Shown here piece after piece: positions 37,711-48,773 of a stretch of 64,000 bases of DNA. Source of the stretch: a virus. The stretch lies in the IMG/VR virus record IMGVR_UViG_3300042988_001121, positions 32,001 through 96,000 of that record; one strand, given 5' to 3'. How positions within the stretch are numbered: position 1 is the stretch's first letter; every line of letters begins with the position of its first letter. The notes under the pieces were generated by a model that did no database searches, was not told where the DNA came from, and saw only the letters and a program-made list of their open reading frames with translations. The translations under genes and the position numbers were made by a program.

Positions 37711-38130
37711 ATGCAAATTGCATTTTATAAAGCCAATCGTGGGAATCTTCTGGATAAGCTGATTGGCGTCTTCACGTTTGGAAAATATTCTCACTGTGAA
37801 TTGATACTTGACGATGGTCTATGGGCAACCAGTTCTCCGCGTGACGGTGGCGTAGTGATGCGGTATTTAGAACCATCTGATAAATGGGACATATTTGATC
37901 TATATGTACCTTATGATGTTAATACCGATCTGGTTAAAAAGTGGTTTGATGCGAATGATGGCGATGCGTATGATTATCTTGGTGCATTTGGGAGTGCATT
38001 TGGTCTTGATCTAGTTTCTACTCAGAAAAAATATTGTAGTCAGACATGCGCAATTATTCTTGGAATAGATTCGACCATATCGCCGTCATCACTTTACAGA
38101 AAACTTAAAAAGATCGGATATATCAGGTGA
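37711..38130 (+). CDS. Permuted papain-like (NlpC/P60-related) peptidase
   Basis: YSHCEL (His), YDYLG and YCSQ (Cys) in permuted order. Confidence 0.7.
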   Translation: MQIAFYKANRGNLLDKLIGVFTFGKYSHCELILDDGLWATSSPRDGGVVMRYLEPSDKWDIFDLYVPYDVNTDLVKKWFDANDGDAYDYLGAFGSAFGLDLVSTQKKYCSQTCAIILGIDSTISPSSLYRKLKKIGYIR

Positions 38131-38939
38131 CTGGATTAAACGACTTCGCTGAACTGATTCGCAAGGCGAACGAAGAAAAAAGACTCAGAGAAGCGGCTGA
38201 GATAGAAAGAAAGAAGACAGAGGTTGCTCCACTTCTGTCAGAACTTTTCGGTGCAGTTGCGAAAGCAAAGGAAGAAAAACAAGAGATTGCTCTGACAGAG
38301 GCTCCTTTATTGGATGAACTCCGAACTGCTCTTGCTGATCCAGAGTCGATTAAGCTAAAGAAGGAAGAAACTAAACAGCAGATTGTTGCGCTGGTTCAGC
38401 AAGTCGAAGAAAAGGCTAACTCAATTTCAGAGATTGATATTGACAAAAAGCTGTCTGAACTCGATGAAAAGTTTCTTTCTCTGTATAAGAAGCTATCCAA
38501 TGAGTTTGAAGTGCTCAAGAAGGTGCTTAATAGCGTTTCTAAGCCGACTTCTACAACCCCGATGTGGGGTAGTACCTCTGGTAGCGGAGAAGTCCGTATA
38601 ACGCGAATGGATGACTTTCAGAACGAGAATCTTGTTAATGGCGCTGCATTGGTGTGGGACTCGGTTCTCAAGAAATTTAAACCTGTTGTGTTAAATACGA
38701 CAGGACAAACACAACAAATTACAGACGAAGAAATGCCATTCTCGAAACGAGTAGACTTTATTACTGATGACGTTCTTTATCGCGGAGAGGCAGTTGTTGG
38801 TGCATCGGAATCTGCGCCTTTGTGGAGAATACGACAGATCACCATTGGTGCCGACAATGACGTAACAGAACTGTGGGCATCTGGTAGTTCTGACTACAAT
38901 AAAGTGTGGGCAAATCGAGCGAATTATACTTACTCATAA
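38127..38939 (+). CDS. Coiled-coil virion-associated protein
   Basis: N-terminal coiled coil; GSGEV...DD and L.WD....KF trimerisation-like motif; C-terminal Y.G.A......WRI...W..RA..Y. Confidence 0.6.
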   Translation: MTGLNDFAELIRKANEEKRLREAAEIERKKTEVAPLLSELFGAVAKAKEEKQEIALTEAPLLDELRTALADPESIKLKKEETKQQIVALVQQVEEKANSISEIDIDKKLSELDEKFLSLYKKLSNEFEVLKKVLNSVSKPTSTTPMWGSTSGSGEVRITRMDDFQNENLVNGAALVWDSVLKKFKPVVLNTTGQTQQITDEEMPFSKRVDFITDDVLYRGEAVVGASESAPLWRIRQITIGADNDVTELWASGSSDYNKVWANRANYTYS

Positions 38940-38940
38940 A

Positions 38941-39231
38941 ATGATCAAATTAGATTCAAACGTCATCATTTTTCACAAGAAGGGTATTCTTTTTGAGAAA
39001 TGGGAATTGACACCACAAACTTGCATAGAACTGGAGTCTCTGTTTAAGCAAATGAACAGTCGCAAAAGACCTGCCGGAGAATATACAATTTTCAACGGTG
39101 AAACAAAAATCATCTTTAACTCGATCACAAAGGCAGTTAATGTCTATATCTCGGGTCAACCAACTATTATGTTGAACAAAGCAGACACAGCAACTATTCG
39201 ACGCCTCATGAAAGAAATTAAAAATGTCTAA
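38941..39231 (+). CDS. Hypothetical protein
   Basis: Packed ORF. Confidence 0.55.
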   Translation: MIKLDSNVIIFHKKGILFEKWELTPQTCIELESLFKQMNSRKRPAGEYTIFNGETKIIFNSITKAVNVYISGQPTIMLNKADTATIRRLMKEIKNV

Positions 39232-39763
39232 TCTTACTTACTACGCTCTGTTTGAAAATGGTTCTCCTGTTTCGTTGACAGTCATTGTTGCGGGTCAAGC
39301 TGCTCCCATTGGTTATACCGAAATTTCATATGCTGATTACGAGAATTATCAAAATGACATGGGCAATCTTGATGCCCTTCGTCTTTCTTGTCTAGATCAG
39401 ATTGATGCGCATGCAGGCGATGTTCGTATGGATTTCATAACCTCGGTTCCGGGACAAGAGTCTACCTATCTGATGAAGGCACAGGAAGCACGAGAAGTTA
39501 AGGCAGCGGGTTATGTTGCTGATATGCTGCTATATCCGTTGATTGCAGCAGAGATTGCGGCGCAGAATAACGCTTCTATTCAAGCGGTTGTTGATGACAT
39601 TTTGACTACCGAGAATCAATGGCGTCAACTTGCGGCGATCATTGAAAAGGAACGCAGGTTGGGTAAAATTGCAGTTAAAACATCTACCACAACGGTTGAC
39701 ATTCTTTTAGCAAAAAATGCTGCTCTTGGTGCATTGGAATCTATTCGCGCTACTTACAAATAA
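39224..39763 (+). CDS. Tail-fibre assembly/chaperone-like protein
   Basis: QID..AG..R..F...PGQ..TY..K..EA helical motif common next to fibre genes. Confidence 0.6.
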   Translation: MSNLTYYALFENGSPVSLTVIVAGQAAPIGYTEISYADYENYQNDMGNLDALRLSCLDQIDAHAGDVRMDFITSVPGQESTYLMKAQEAREVKAAGYVADMLLYPLIAAEIAAQNNASIQAVVDDILTTENQWRQLAAIIEKERRLGKIAVKTSTTTVDILLAKNAALGALESIRATYK

Positions 39764-39772
39764 GGCAATTAA

Positions 39773-42700
39773 ATGGCAGCAATTACCGTTGACTCAAATG
39801 CTAACTACGATCTTTGCTCTGGTCAAACGACTGGCGCAACGATGGATACTATTACAGTTAACAACGGTCAATTGTTGGTTAACACTGATACCAAATTTTG
39901 TGCTGGTCATACTACAACAGCCACAGCTTCTAATGGTTCGCTTGATAACGTCACCGTTGCGGCAACCGCAATTGGCGGAGAACTGAAACTTGACGGAACA
40001 AACGTCAAGATTATTCCCTATAATGGAGGATCAGGAACTGCTCCGACACAGATAGCTACTGCACTTGTTCCTACTGCCGCAACATGGTCAGCGGGTCTGG
40101 TGACATTAACATTCGCGGCAGCACATGGTTATCTTGCGGGTGATAGAATCGGTGTCGGTTCGATTAAAGGGCTTGATGAACTGAACGGTTACTGTGGTGT
40201 TTTCACGATCAACACAGTACCAACAACGACCACGCTTACCTATGCCGTTGCCGAGAACCCCGGCACATCAACAATTACTAACGGTAAGGTCATCAAGTAT
40301 TTTACATGTAGTCAGGTACACACATATAACGTAACTGCTGCATCTTGGTCAACTAACACCATAACCTTTACTACAACCGATACTACCTACCTCGCTGTTG
40401 GCAATAGTGTTGTGATTGCTGGTGCTGCACCTACCGGTTATAACGGTACTTATACGATTACTTCAGTTCCTACTTCGACCACATTTACTGTTGCTCAGGT
40501 AACGAATCCGGGTCCATGGACTTCTGGTGGAACAATTACTAAAACAGTTGTTGGAACTTATCTCGGCGCATGGAGTTCGTTTACCGCTGGTCCAACAACA
40601 GCGACTATTGGTGCATCCGGGTATATCAAAGTCAAGGATGTTGTCAACGGTCCATATAAACCCGGCGCATTGACTATTCAGGGCGGAACAACGCCCGTTG
40701 CAAAAGCGATCACCAAAGAAACCACTGGATGGATTGAGGTTGTTGGGGCAGAACTCTCAACGACCCCTGCTACATATAGTATCCCTCGATTGGGTAAATT
40801 TACGGTTACAGGTGAATGGTTCTATCCATTATCATTGCCATTTACTCTGACCACTGGCACAGCATGGGCAGCTAACGTCACCACATACACCACGACCGCT
40901 GCTCATGGTCTTGCTGTTGGGTCAACTGTACAGATTGATGGCGCAACACCAACAGGTTATAATGGTACTTATACCATTGTCAGCGTACCTACTACGACCA
41001 CATTTACTGTTGCTCAGACTGTCAACCCCGGTACATGGACTTCTGGTGGTGCTGGTTATGCACAGATGAAAACTAACGGTGTTGCTCAACAGACAATTCA
41101 GCTTCCTGCCTCGGGCGGTACAACTGTTGGTACAACCCCATATGCAGGGGTTTGGGTGGAAACTTCTCCGGGGTCAGGTACTTACGAATTCTATGCCAAT
41201 GCCTCGAACATGACTGCAACGGCATCACTTTTCGCAACAGATCAATATAGAGGAAAAGTGTGCTACATGGGTGCTGCTGGTCTGTTGAGATTCGGTGGCG
41301 ACGGTACTAACGCATGGGGATATTTGCCTCCTGCCGGTTGTGCAATTCGTTTTGGTAATGTCATTACTGTGCATGCAACAAAAGTTGTTACTAACGGAGT
41401 ATCAACACAAACTGTTCCGAACGCAACACTGACTAATAGACCAAAATTCGTCACAACATCGGCTGGTGTTGTGAATATCGATAAATGGATGACTGCATGG
41501 TATCCGATATTTCAACAGGCTTTCTCGGTCAACATTACCAACACTGGTATTTGTGACAACTTGACGATATCAGAGTGTGCGTCACCTTTTGTTCTTAATA
41601 ACATCGGAACAGGTATATCGGTTATCGCGTCTTCTGCGCAATCGACTGTTCTGAACATATCCGTTTGTTTTGCTGGCGGAACAATCAGTAACTGTTACTG
41701 GAATAAGTTTCATAACGGAACGTCTGGGCAATATAATCAGATTTTATCTGATATTCAGAACCTAACTGTCACAAATGATTTCGGACGTGTGATGACAATT
41801 ACAACTGGCGGTGGCGGTACAGCAAGGAACGCCACCTCTGGTGTAATTTCTCTGACTCGCGTTGCCAATTCTACATGGAATAATTCTACCTTCATTGGCG
41901 GTAGATGTATCACGTTTACTTGTTCTAATCTGACATTCACGAATACTCATTACGCAGACTCAACTGCCGTTGCAACGACTACCACAACTGGTATGTATGC
42001 ATACTCAGTTGAATCTAACTCATCCAACATCAAAATTGATGGGATTGATTTTAATGGATTGTTGAACGTACATCCATATGCCGGATTAGTTGCTGTTCTG
42101 AGTGCGTCATATAATGTTAAAATACGAAATATCGGATCAGTTCTGGCTCCACTTAACTTAGGATCAGCTAACGCATCCGGTGTCGTTATATCGGGTGCAG
42201 CGGGTGGTTCTTGCACCAATATTGAAGTGAAGCGAGTTTATTGTACTAACGCGAGAACAGGTGTTATTGCATCGGCAGATAACAGTTATTCGGGTGTTGT
42301 ACTTGAAAACGTGTGGGCAGGCGCTGCCTTAGCGAACACAAACATCACATTGAATACCTACTTCAAGAATATCGGCGGAACAAACTCGACTACCGGACAG
42401 ACTTCTGTTTATGGTCACACTTGGCAGGATTTCTTTACTCCTGTTGGTGCAACATTGACCACAGGAACTGCATGGTCAGCAGGAACCACTACATATACCA
42501 CGACAGCGGCTCATGGTTTGCTGGCAGGGGATACTGTTACTATATCAGGAGTTGTTGCAACACCGTTTAATGTCTCTGGCGGGTTTAATGGCACATATAC
42601 AGTTGCCACAGTTCCTACCTCAACGACATTCACGGTTGCAATGGCATCGACTCCCGGTACATGGACTTCTGGTGGAACTACCAATCCGTTGAATGGTAAG

Positions 42701-43891
42701 ATCGTTCTTCAGATGAACGAAAAGACTGCTGCAACTGATTCTCTGTACACACTCGGAAATAATGCCGATGGTTCTGGATTTACTTCGGTTGGCACATTAT
42801 TGTTGCTTAACGTTGGTGATAATATTACATGGTCAACCCCTTATAAGATTCTTGGTCATAAAGGATTCACAACAGGAACCGCGTCTGCGCTACCAACTTT
42901 CACGTCAACTAACCCAAACAACCATGACTTCTTCTATAAAATAGACAAAGGCGCTGGTTATGGTAGTACATGGAAGAATCTGAAATACACAAAGACTTCT
43001 GCATCAATAACTGCTGCATCAAAAAACATTACCATTACTACTACCGCTGCATCAGTCACAGGATCAATTGCAGGGGATGTTCTTACTGTCACGGGAGTTA
43101 CATCAGGTTCATTGTATGAAGGTATGGTATTATCGGGGACAGGTATTACTGCTAACACGGTAATTCTTGCTCAGACTTCTCAGACAGCCAGTTCAACTGG
43201 TCGAACCGGTACTTATACCGTTGGTATCATGAACTTCGCTGGTGGAACCTATACTATATCGGCTTCTAGTCAGACAGTTGCATCGACCGCTATCAGTGCC
43301 ATTCAATCAACTTATGGAATTAACATCGGTGACACTGTTTTTGATGTAACGACTCCTGCCAACATGACTCTTGGAACAAAGGTCGCTTCCATTACATCAG
43401 CAACAGTTTTTGTTACTGATACCAATACGGTCACAACGGCGACTGCGCAGGTATTAGCATTTTCTGCTATACACTCGGAGACAGGAATTGCTGCTGCAAC
43501 TGGATTGTCGTTACAAATAAAGGCAGTATGCGGTGTTGCTGCAACTACCAACAGGCTTACTACTATTGCGATACCAACTAAAACGGATTCGATATACCAA
43601 CAGGCGCAGTATCCTTTGGAAGTTGTTACTCTGACATTGACAGGATTACAGGCAGGATCGACTGTGTATGCATTTCAGGGAACTGACCCTACGACAGCGA
43701 TAACTTTGGGGTCAACCGACAATAGCGGTACTTCTTTTGCATTCACTCATAGTAGTGGTGGTCAGTCTGGATATATTCAGATTCTGGCGCTCGGTTATCA
43801 GGATATTACTTTACCGATTACTTATTCTTCTTCTGATCAGTCAATACCGATTCAGCAACAGAAGGATAGACAATACTACAACCCGAATTAA
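39773..43891 (+). CDS. Large Thr-rich virion fibre/receptor-binding protein with four FCCH-like beta repeats and a beta-helix region
   Basis: Four ~65-aa repeats (AAHG...G...NGTYT...VPT.TTFTV...PG.WTSGG); Asn/Thr-rich parallel beta-helix-like middle region. Confidence 0.7.
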   Translation: MAAITVDSNANYDLCSGQTTGATMDTITVNNGQLLVNTDTKFCAGHTTTATASNGSLDNVTVAATAIGGELKLDGTNVKIIPYNGGSGTAPTQIATALVPTAATWSAGLVTLTFAAAHGYLAGDRIGVGSIKGLDELNGYCGVFTINTVPTTTTLTYAVAENPGTSTITNGKVIKYFTCSQVHTYNVTAASWSTNTITFTTTDTTYLAVGNSVVIAGAAPTGYNGTYTITSVPTSTTFTVAQVTNPGPWTSGGTITKTVVGTYLGAWSSFTAGPTTATIGASGYIKVKDVVNGPYKPGALTIQGGTTPVAKAITKETTGWIEVVGAELSTTPATYSIPRLGKFTVTGEWFYPLSLPFTLTTGTAWAANVTTYTTTAAHGLAVGSTVQIDGATPTGYNGTYTIVSVPTTTTFTVAQTVNPGTWTSGGAGYAQMKTNGVAQQTIQLPASGGTTVGTTPYAGVWVETSPGSGTYEFYANASNMTATASLFATDQYRGKVCYMGAAGLLRFGGDGTNAWGYLPPAGCAIRFGNVITVHATKVVTNGVSTQTVPNATLTNRPKFVTTSAGVVNIDKWMTAWYPIFQQAFSVNITNTGICDNLTISECASPFVLNNIGTGISVIASSAQSTVLNISVCFAGGTISNCYWNKFHNGTSGQYNQILSDIQNLTVTNDFGRVMTITTGGGGTARNATSGVISLTRVANSTWNNSTFIGGRCITFTCSNLTFTNTHYADSTAVATTTTTGMYAYSVESNSSNIKIDGIDFNGLLNVHPYAGLVAVLSASYNVKIRNIGSVLAPLNLGSANASGVVISGAAGGSCTNIEVKRVYCTNARTGVIASADNSYSGVVLENVWAGAALANTNITLNTYFKNIGGTNSTTGQTSVYGHTWQDFFTPVGATLTTGTAWSAGTTTYTTTAAHGLLAGDTVTISGVVATPFNVSGGFNGTYTVATVPTSTTFTVAMASTPGTWTSGGTTNPLNGKIVLQMNEKTAATDSLYTLGNNADGSGFTSVGTLLLLNVGDNITWSTPYKILGHKGFTTGTASALPTFTSTNPNNHDFFYKIDKGAGYGSTWKNLKYTKTSASITAASKNITITTTAASVTGSIAGDVLTVTGVTSGSLYEGMVLSGTGITANTVILAQTSQTASSTGRTGTYTVGIMNFAGGTYTISASSQTVASTAISAIQSTYGINIGDTVFDVTTPANMTLGTKVASITSATVFVTDTNTVTTATAQVLAFSAIHSETGIAAATGLSLQIKAVCGVAATTNRLTTIAIPTKTDSIYQQAQYPLEVVTLTLTGLQAGSTVYAFQGTDPTTAITLGSTDNSGTSFAFTHSSGGQSGYIQILALGYQDITLPITYSSSDQSIPIQQQKDRQYYNPN

Positions 43892-43926
43892 TTAAATAAT
43901 AATAAACCCAACATAAGGAAACACAA

Positions 43927-45552
43927 ATGGCTTTTTATGGCTCCAGTCCAATAGTCGATCCCGACTTTTTGACATATTCGGTTGATGTTGCATTCGCATC
44001 CGCAACAACCGAATTGGTCATCACCACATCAACAAAAACAATTGCACTTAAGGTTACAGGCAACCTGACAACCGATGGTGTTACAATTAAATGTGTCTAC
44101 TCAAAGCTGAAAGAAATTTGGCGTACCGATTCGACTCTGATTAAGTTCCCATTTCCTGCCACTCCACTGACAGACGAAAGTATGGAACTTTCCAACGGAT
44201 GGAATTTCGACAAAACCAATACTTCCGGTGCTTCTGCTGCCAAAACTCCTGAACTGGTTCGTACAGGCGGTTGGGCTGTTGTTAGTCCATCCACTGGTCT
44301 TCCTACAGAAATGTGGGCAAGTATTATTACGTTGGGTACTTTTGCTGCCAATACCGATCAGGCTTATTTCCAGCAAGTTGCAGGCGGCGCGGCTACTAAC
44401 GTCCTTCTGACAAACAACGTTAACCAAGCGGTTCAAATCTATTCTGATCCTAACGGTGATGGTAGTACAGTTGATGGTTACGATTATCGTTCGTACTTCA
44501 AGATTTTCGTTCGCGAGTATGGTAAACTATATTCTCAGTCTTCTCTGGCAGACATTGGTGTGTCGCAACTGACTTATCAGGCATATCGTTTCCCATTGGC
44601 AAACGCTACTGATCTGGCGATTACCAACAACGATTCAACAGTTTCTACCACAACACCTTACACCAACGTTAATATCACCTATCTGCGCGATTCGAGTGAT
44701 GTACGTTACACAGTGAAAGGTAACTTTGCATCGGCAACTACTTACGTCGCTGCTGATGTGGTTAAAGATACCGGTAACAATCGTTGGTACAAGTGTATTT
44801 TGGGTTATACTTCGACCGCAACCCTACCTTCTGCTGATGCAACCCATTGGGCTGCATATGAAGGTGAACGTCTGATTGGTTCTACCTATTATCCATTTAC
44901 GGTCATCATTGATGCCGATACAACTGTTGCGACTTATAGCAATGGGGCTGCGACTCGTTATCAGGTCTATGAAAAGGTTCAATACCTGCTGCGTCAGAAC
45001 ACCGATATTGATGCTGATGCGACCGCATCGATCATTGGTAAGACCGCTGACAGTCTGTTGTCATTCGTTGGTTCTACTCTGGTGACTGCGGCAGGCGTTT
45101 ATATCGATTCTTTTGCGGCTGCTGATACCAACGACATTGAATTCTATGATGCACAGAATACAAAGCGTACTTTCCCATATGTCGCGGCATTGACCATCAA
45201 CTTCGGCGATAACCTGAAGAACGATGCTAATGCTAAATATTGGGCATTCTTCACCACACTTCCCGGTGCCGGTAATGACTTCGGCGAAACAGGTGCTGTT
45301 ATTGTTCAGGACAACGTGGGGACCGATATCACAGGTAATGTCGGGGGCGCTTCTAGCGTTGCATGGACATTCAACTATGACGGTAACGTACAAGGTGGTC
45401 GTACTGCTTCTACTGATGCCGGTATCACGGTGGTTGCGTTGGGATTGTCAACTGGTCAGTATGTGAAGGCAACAGGCACGATTGCTAAGTCAAAGGCGAA
45501 CAGTGTTTCCTTGATTTCCAGTTTGGAACGAAACTTCGCAAATCCTGTTTAA
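43927..45552 (+). CDS. Putative structural protein with a CBM5/12-like insert
   Basis: YVAADVVKD...WYKC...HW carbohydrate-binding-like motif; late TAAATA box upstream. Confidence 0.6.
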   Translation: MAFYGSSPIVDPDFLTYSVDVAFASATTELVITTSTKTIALKVTGNLTTDGVTIKCVYSKLKEIWRTDSTLIKFPFPATPLTDESMELSNGWNFDKTNTSGASAAKTPELVRTGGWAVVSPSTGLPTEMWASIITLGTFAANTDQAYFQQVAGGAATNVLLTNNVNQAVQIYSDPNGDGSTVDGYDYRSYFKIFVREYGKLYSQSSLADIGVSQLTYQAYRFPLANATDLAITNNDSTVSTTTPYTNVNITYLRDSSDVRYTVKGNFASATTYVAADVVKDTGNNRWYKCILGYTSTATLPSADATHWAAYEGERLIGSTYYPFTVIIDADTTVATYSNGAATRYQVYEKVQYLLRQNTDIDADATASIIGKTADSLLSFVGSTLVTAAGVYIDSFAAADTNDIEFYDAQNTKRTFPYVAALTINFGDNLKNDANAKYWAFFTTLPGAGNDFGETGAVIVQDNVGTDITGNVGGASSVAWTFNYDGNVQGGRTASTDAGITVVALGLSTGQYVKATGTIAKSKANSVSLISSLERNFANPV

Positions 45553-45571
45553 TCGATAACAGATTGATCAT

Positions 45572-45591
45572 AGCCCCTTCGGGGGCTTTTT
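45572..45591 (+). terminator. UUCG-loop intrinsic terminator
   Basis: AGCCCC-TTCG-GGGGCTTTTT. Confidence 0.88.
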
Positions 45592-45629
45592 AATGTCCTT
45601 AAATAATTGAAACTAATCCTATTCTTATA

Positions 45630-45881
45630 ATGAAACTCTCACAAATTCGTTACTCTCTGCAACGTTGCAAAAATGGCTCCACTGAAGCGGAACATACTAA
45701 TGTTCTTGCCATGTATTCCGATTTACTTGCTGAATATGAGTTGACAATCGATAGTTTTGGTGTAGAATGGGATGTTGACAAAAAAGACAACACAAAAATA
45801 GCTACCGGTAAAGTAGTTGAAAAATACAATAAAAACCTGTTAACATCCCTTTTTCACCCTGATGGCATTCTGAAAGACTAA
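45630..45881 (+). CDS. Hypothetical protein
   Basis: ORF after a TAAATA box. Confidence 0.55.
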   Translation: MKLSQIRYSLQRCKNGSTEAEHTNVLAMYSDLLAEYELTIDSFGVEWDVDKKDNTKIATGKVVEKYNKNLLTSLFHPDGILKD

Positions 45882-45884
45882 CAC

Positions 45885-47246
45885 ATGAGCTACGTACAGG
45901 TTCCTCCAGACTCAACTGGTAAAAAAGTACACACATATCAAAACACACTTGGCGCTGATATTGTTCAGACACAAGCGGTTCATGTGGTTGGGCGTGATAA
46001 TGCTGACTATCGATTGAACGTCGATGTACGTGGTAGTGCAAGTGTGCGCTTTGCTGAAGGTCAACCAATTATGTCTGGCTTCGGTCAACTGAAGACTCAG
46101 CATGATCGTGCTCTCGGTGTTTACGAGACTTCACTTGACACATATGACGATCTGTTTAGCGTTCAACTTTCCAGTGGTGGTGTATCTGAATATCAACCAA
46201 CTGCTAGTAGTAATGTTCTAAGAACAACCGGCGCATTAGGTAGTTCAGTTGTTCGAACAACAAACCGATATCACTATTATCTTCCCGGTACTGCCAATTA
46301 CGTCAAGATGACGCTTGCAACAGGAGATTCTGGTAAGACAGGTAATACTCGTAGGTGGGGCGCATTTGATGCCAATGATGGTGTATTCTTTGAATTACAA
46401 GATACTACCCTGAATGTAGTATTACGTAGCACAACCACAGGAACACTTGTTGAAACTAGAGTCCCACAATCTTCTTGGAATAAAGATAAGGCAGATGGAA
46501 CAGGCAATTCAGGGTTTCATATTGATCTAACTAAGGTCAATATTTTCTGGATTGATTATCAATGGCTCGGTGCAGGTCGTGTTCGTTTTGGTATCGTTGA
46601 ACCTTCTGGCAATCGTTTGGTGTGTCATGAATTTGAAAATGCTGGTGCCAATGCATTGCCTTATATGCGCACAGGAACATTACCACTGCGAACCGAGAAC
46701 TTCAATACATCTGCTGTTGGTAGTTCAAGTGAATTACGCGAGGTGTGTCTTGCTATCTACTGTGAAGGCACATATGAGGATTACACATTCTGGCGTGCCG
46801 CTGATGTCGATGCATCCGTGACCGTAAGCGATGCTGTTAGTACACCTATCGTAAATCTTCGCTCTGTTACAACAATAAACGGAAAACATAATTCGGTTGT
46901 AGCATATCCAGAAAAGGTTAACGTGATGGTTGAAGGCGGGTCTATTTCACTGACTCTCTTTCAGAATACATCGGTTGCAGGTGGTACTTGGACAGGGCTT
47001 GATTCTAGTCTAGAAATTAGTAGCGGCGGAACAGTGACCACAACAAATGCACGAAAATTCAACACTGTTTTCCTTGGCGCAGGTGTACATTCATTGGACT
47101 TCACAAAATTGTTTGAATTGAATGATGAAGGTATTCAAATGAATGCTGATGGTACACCTAATGTCTGGAGTTTCTTTGTTAAGCGCATTTCTTCGACCGG
47201 GACAGTCAGTGTTGTTCTGAACATGTGTTATCGGGAACTGTGGTAA
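45885..47246 (+). CDS. Putative structural protein with a lectin/concanavalin-like beta sandwich
   Basis: Beta-rich; Y.PG, R.G.FD..DG.FF and IDYQWLGAGRVRFG motifs typical of phage virion proteins. Confidence 0.6.
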   Translation: MSYVQVPPDSTGKKVHTYQNTLGADIVQTQAVHVVGRDNADYRLNVDVRGSASVRFAEGQPIMSGFGQLKTQHDRALGVYETSLDTYDDLFSVQLSSGGVSEYQPTASSNVLRTTGALGSSVVRTTNRYHYYLPGTANYVKMTLATGDSGKTGNTRRWGAFDANDGVFFELQDTTLNVVLRSTTTGTLVETRVPQSSWNKDKADGTGNSGFHIDLTKVNIFWIDYQWLGAGRVRFGIVEPSGNRLVCHEFENAGANALPYMRTGTLPLRTENFNTSAVGSSSELREVCLAIYCEGTYEDYTFWRAADVDASVTVSDAVSTPIVNLRSVTTINGKHNSVVAYPEKVNVMVEGGSISLTLFQNTSVAGGTWTGLDSSLEISSGGTVTTTNARKFNTVFLGAGVHSLDFTKLFELNDEGIQMNADGTPNVWSFFVKRISSTGTVSVVLNMCYRELW

Positions 47247-47249
47247 GAA

Positions 47250-48773
47250 ATGTTACTGAGTCTCTGGACAGGATGGGGCGAAGATTGGAGCCTTCAGCAT
47301 AAAGTGACTTTTGATGGTGAGAATAAACTCATCATCATTGCTGATAGTGCGACTTCGCTCAATGTGAAAGCGGATATCTATTCTTCCTGGAAAGAATGGG
47401 TTCTTCTGCGTGATAACGGTAAATTCCTTCCTGCATTACGGGTCACGGGTGGCGATCCAATTGGGGTCGGGGCATATACCGGGGATGTTTACTTCTTGAT
47501 CAATGGCTGGCGAATCAAAATAAGTCATTCATGTGCAATTGATGGTGTGGTATACTCGGATGATTACCAAACGCCATTTGTTCAGACAGAAGGTACACAG
47601 ATCGTTACTAATAAAGTTTCTTCTCTGGTTTCGGTTGTTGCTCCTGTTGTGTCAGTAGATGGCTTGGTTGTTCCGACTGCTGCCGAGAATGCCGCTGCCG
47701 CTGCTTCAATGGTATGGAATTCTCCTGATAGAACTCTTACTGCCTATAATGGACCAACGGCGGCGCAGATTCGTTCTGAGATTGATGCATCATCGGTTAA
47801 ACTACAACAGATAAAATCTCTGATCGATTCGCTGGTTGTTCCTAGTGCAGTTGATATTAGAAACGAGATTGACACTAATTCAACTAAACTGAATACCGTT
47901 GTTGCGAACCAGACAACTATTTTGAATGCAATTCAAAACGTATCGGTGTCATCGGCTTCTATCAATACTCCTGCAATTTCATTTGAATTGATTCATGGTG
48001 TCGTAACCTCGGGTACAATTGATTCAACGAGAAACATCAACGGTAGTTCACATGTGATCACTGACTCGGCGCTTGCGTTCGATATCAATTACACATTTGA
48101 TATTGGATTGAATTCGATACCATCTGAGGTTGTTTTTGTTGGGCAGGTTCAAGATAAACATGAAGTCATTCAAGTTGCAGCATGGAACTATCAAACTAAC
48201 GCATGGAATCAGATCGGGACTATTTCTGGCTCCAACACAGTAACTACAAACAAATTTATTCTGTATCAACAATACACAGGAACTCAGGCAGGTCAGATCG
48301 GCGATGTTAGAATTCGTTTCTATTCTACCGCAATATCAGATATCATTCTATCGGTAGATCAGCTTTATGTTTCTTACGCGACCGTAGAAAGACCGACCGG
48401 ATATTCTGGTCACGCAGTCACCGCAACAGCGACCTCGATTCAATTGGGAGCAGATGCAGTTACTCTTGATAACTACTACGTACCCGCATTGTTATACGTT
48501 AATCATGGTACTGGCGCTCAACAATATGCCAAGGTTATCGGATATAACGGGGCAACACGAACACTGCAACTAGAATTACCGATGGTGGTTACGTTGGACA
48601 CAACAAGTCATATCACATTGTCACCTTGGGCAAATGGTGCCACTGTTGATACCAATGCGATTGCTAATGCTGTCTGGACTGCTCCTGTATCTTCAATGAC
48701 AGATAAGACAACAATTGGCGGCTGGATCACCAAAATGATTTTGACCATTCCTAAGTATATAGGGTTAAAGTAA
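47250..48773 (+). CDS. Putative structural protein
   Basis: FDGENKLI...DIYS.WKEW N-terminus, related in style to the 43927 protein; beta-rich C-terminus. Confidence 0.6.
   Translation: MLLSLWTGWGEDWSLQHKVTFDGENKLIIIADSATSLNVKADIYSSWKEWVLLRDNGKFLPALRVTGGDPIGVGAYTGDVYFLINGWRIKISHSCAIDGVVYSDDYQTPFVQTEGTQIVTNKVSSLVSVVAPVVSVDGLVVPTAAENAAAAASMVWNSPDRTLTAYNGPTAAQIRSEIDASSVKLQQIKSLIDSLVVPSAVDIRNEIDTNSTKLNTVVANQTTILNAIQNVSVSSASINTPAISFELIHGVVTSGTIDSTRNINGSSHVITDSALAFDINYTFDIGLNSIPSEVVFVGQVQDKHEVIQVAAWNYQTNAWNQIGTISGSNTVTTNKFILYQQYTGTQAGQIGDVRIRFYSTAISDIILSVDQLYVSYATVERPTGYSGHAVTATATSIQLGADAVTLDNYYVPALLYVNHGTGAQQYAKVIGYNGATRTLQLELPMVVTLDTTSHITLSPWANGATVDTNAIANAVWTAPVSSMTDKTTIGGWITKMILTIPKYIGLK

Noticed and set aside
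39773-43891. Diversity-generating retroelement acting on the fibre repeats
   Set aside because: There is no reverse transcriptase, and the repeat differences are not adenine-specific TR/VR pairs.
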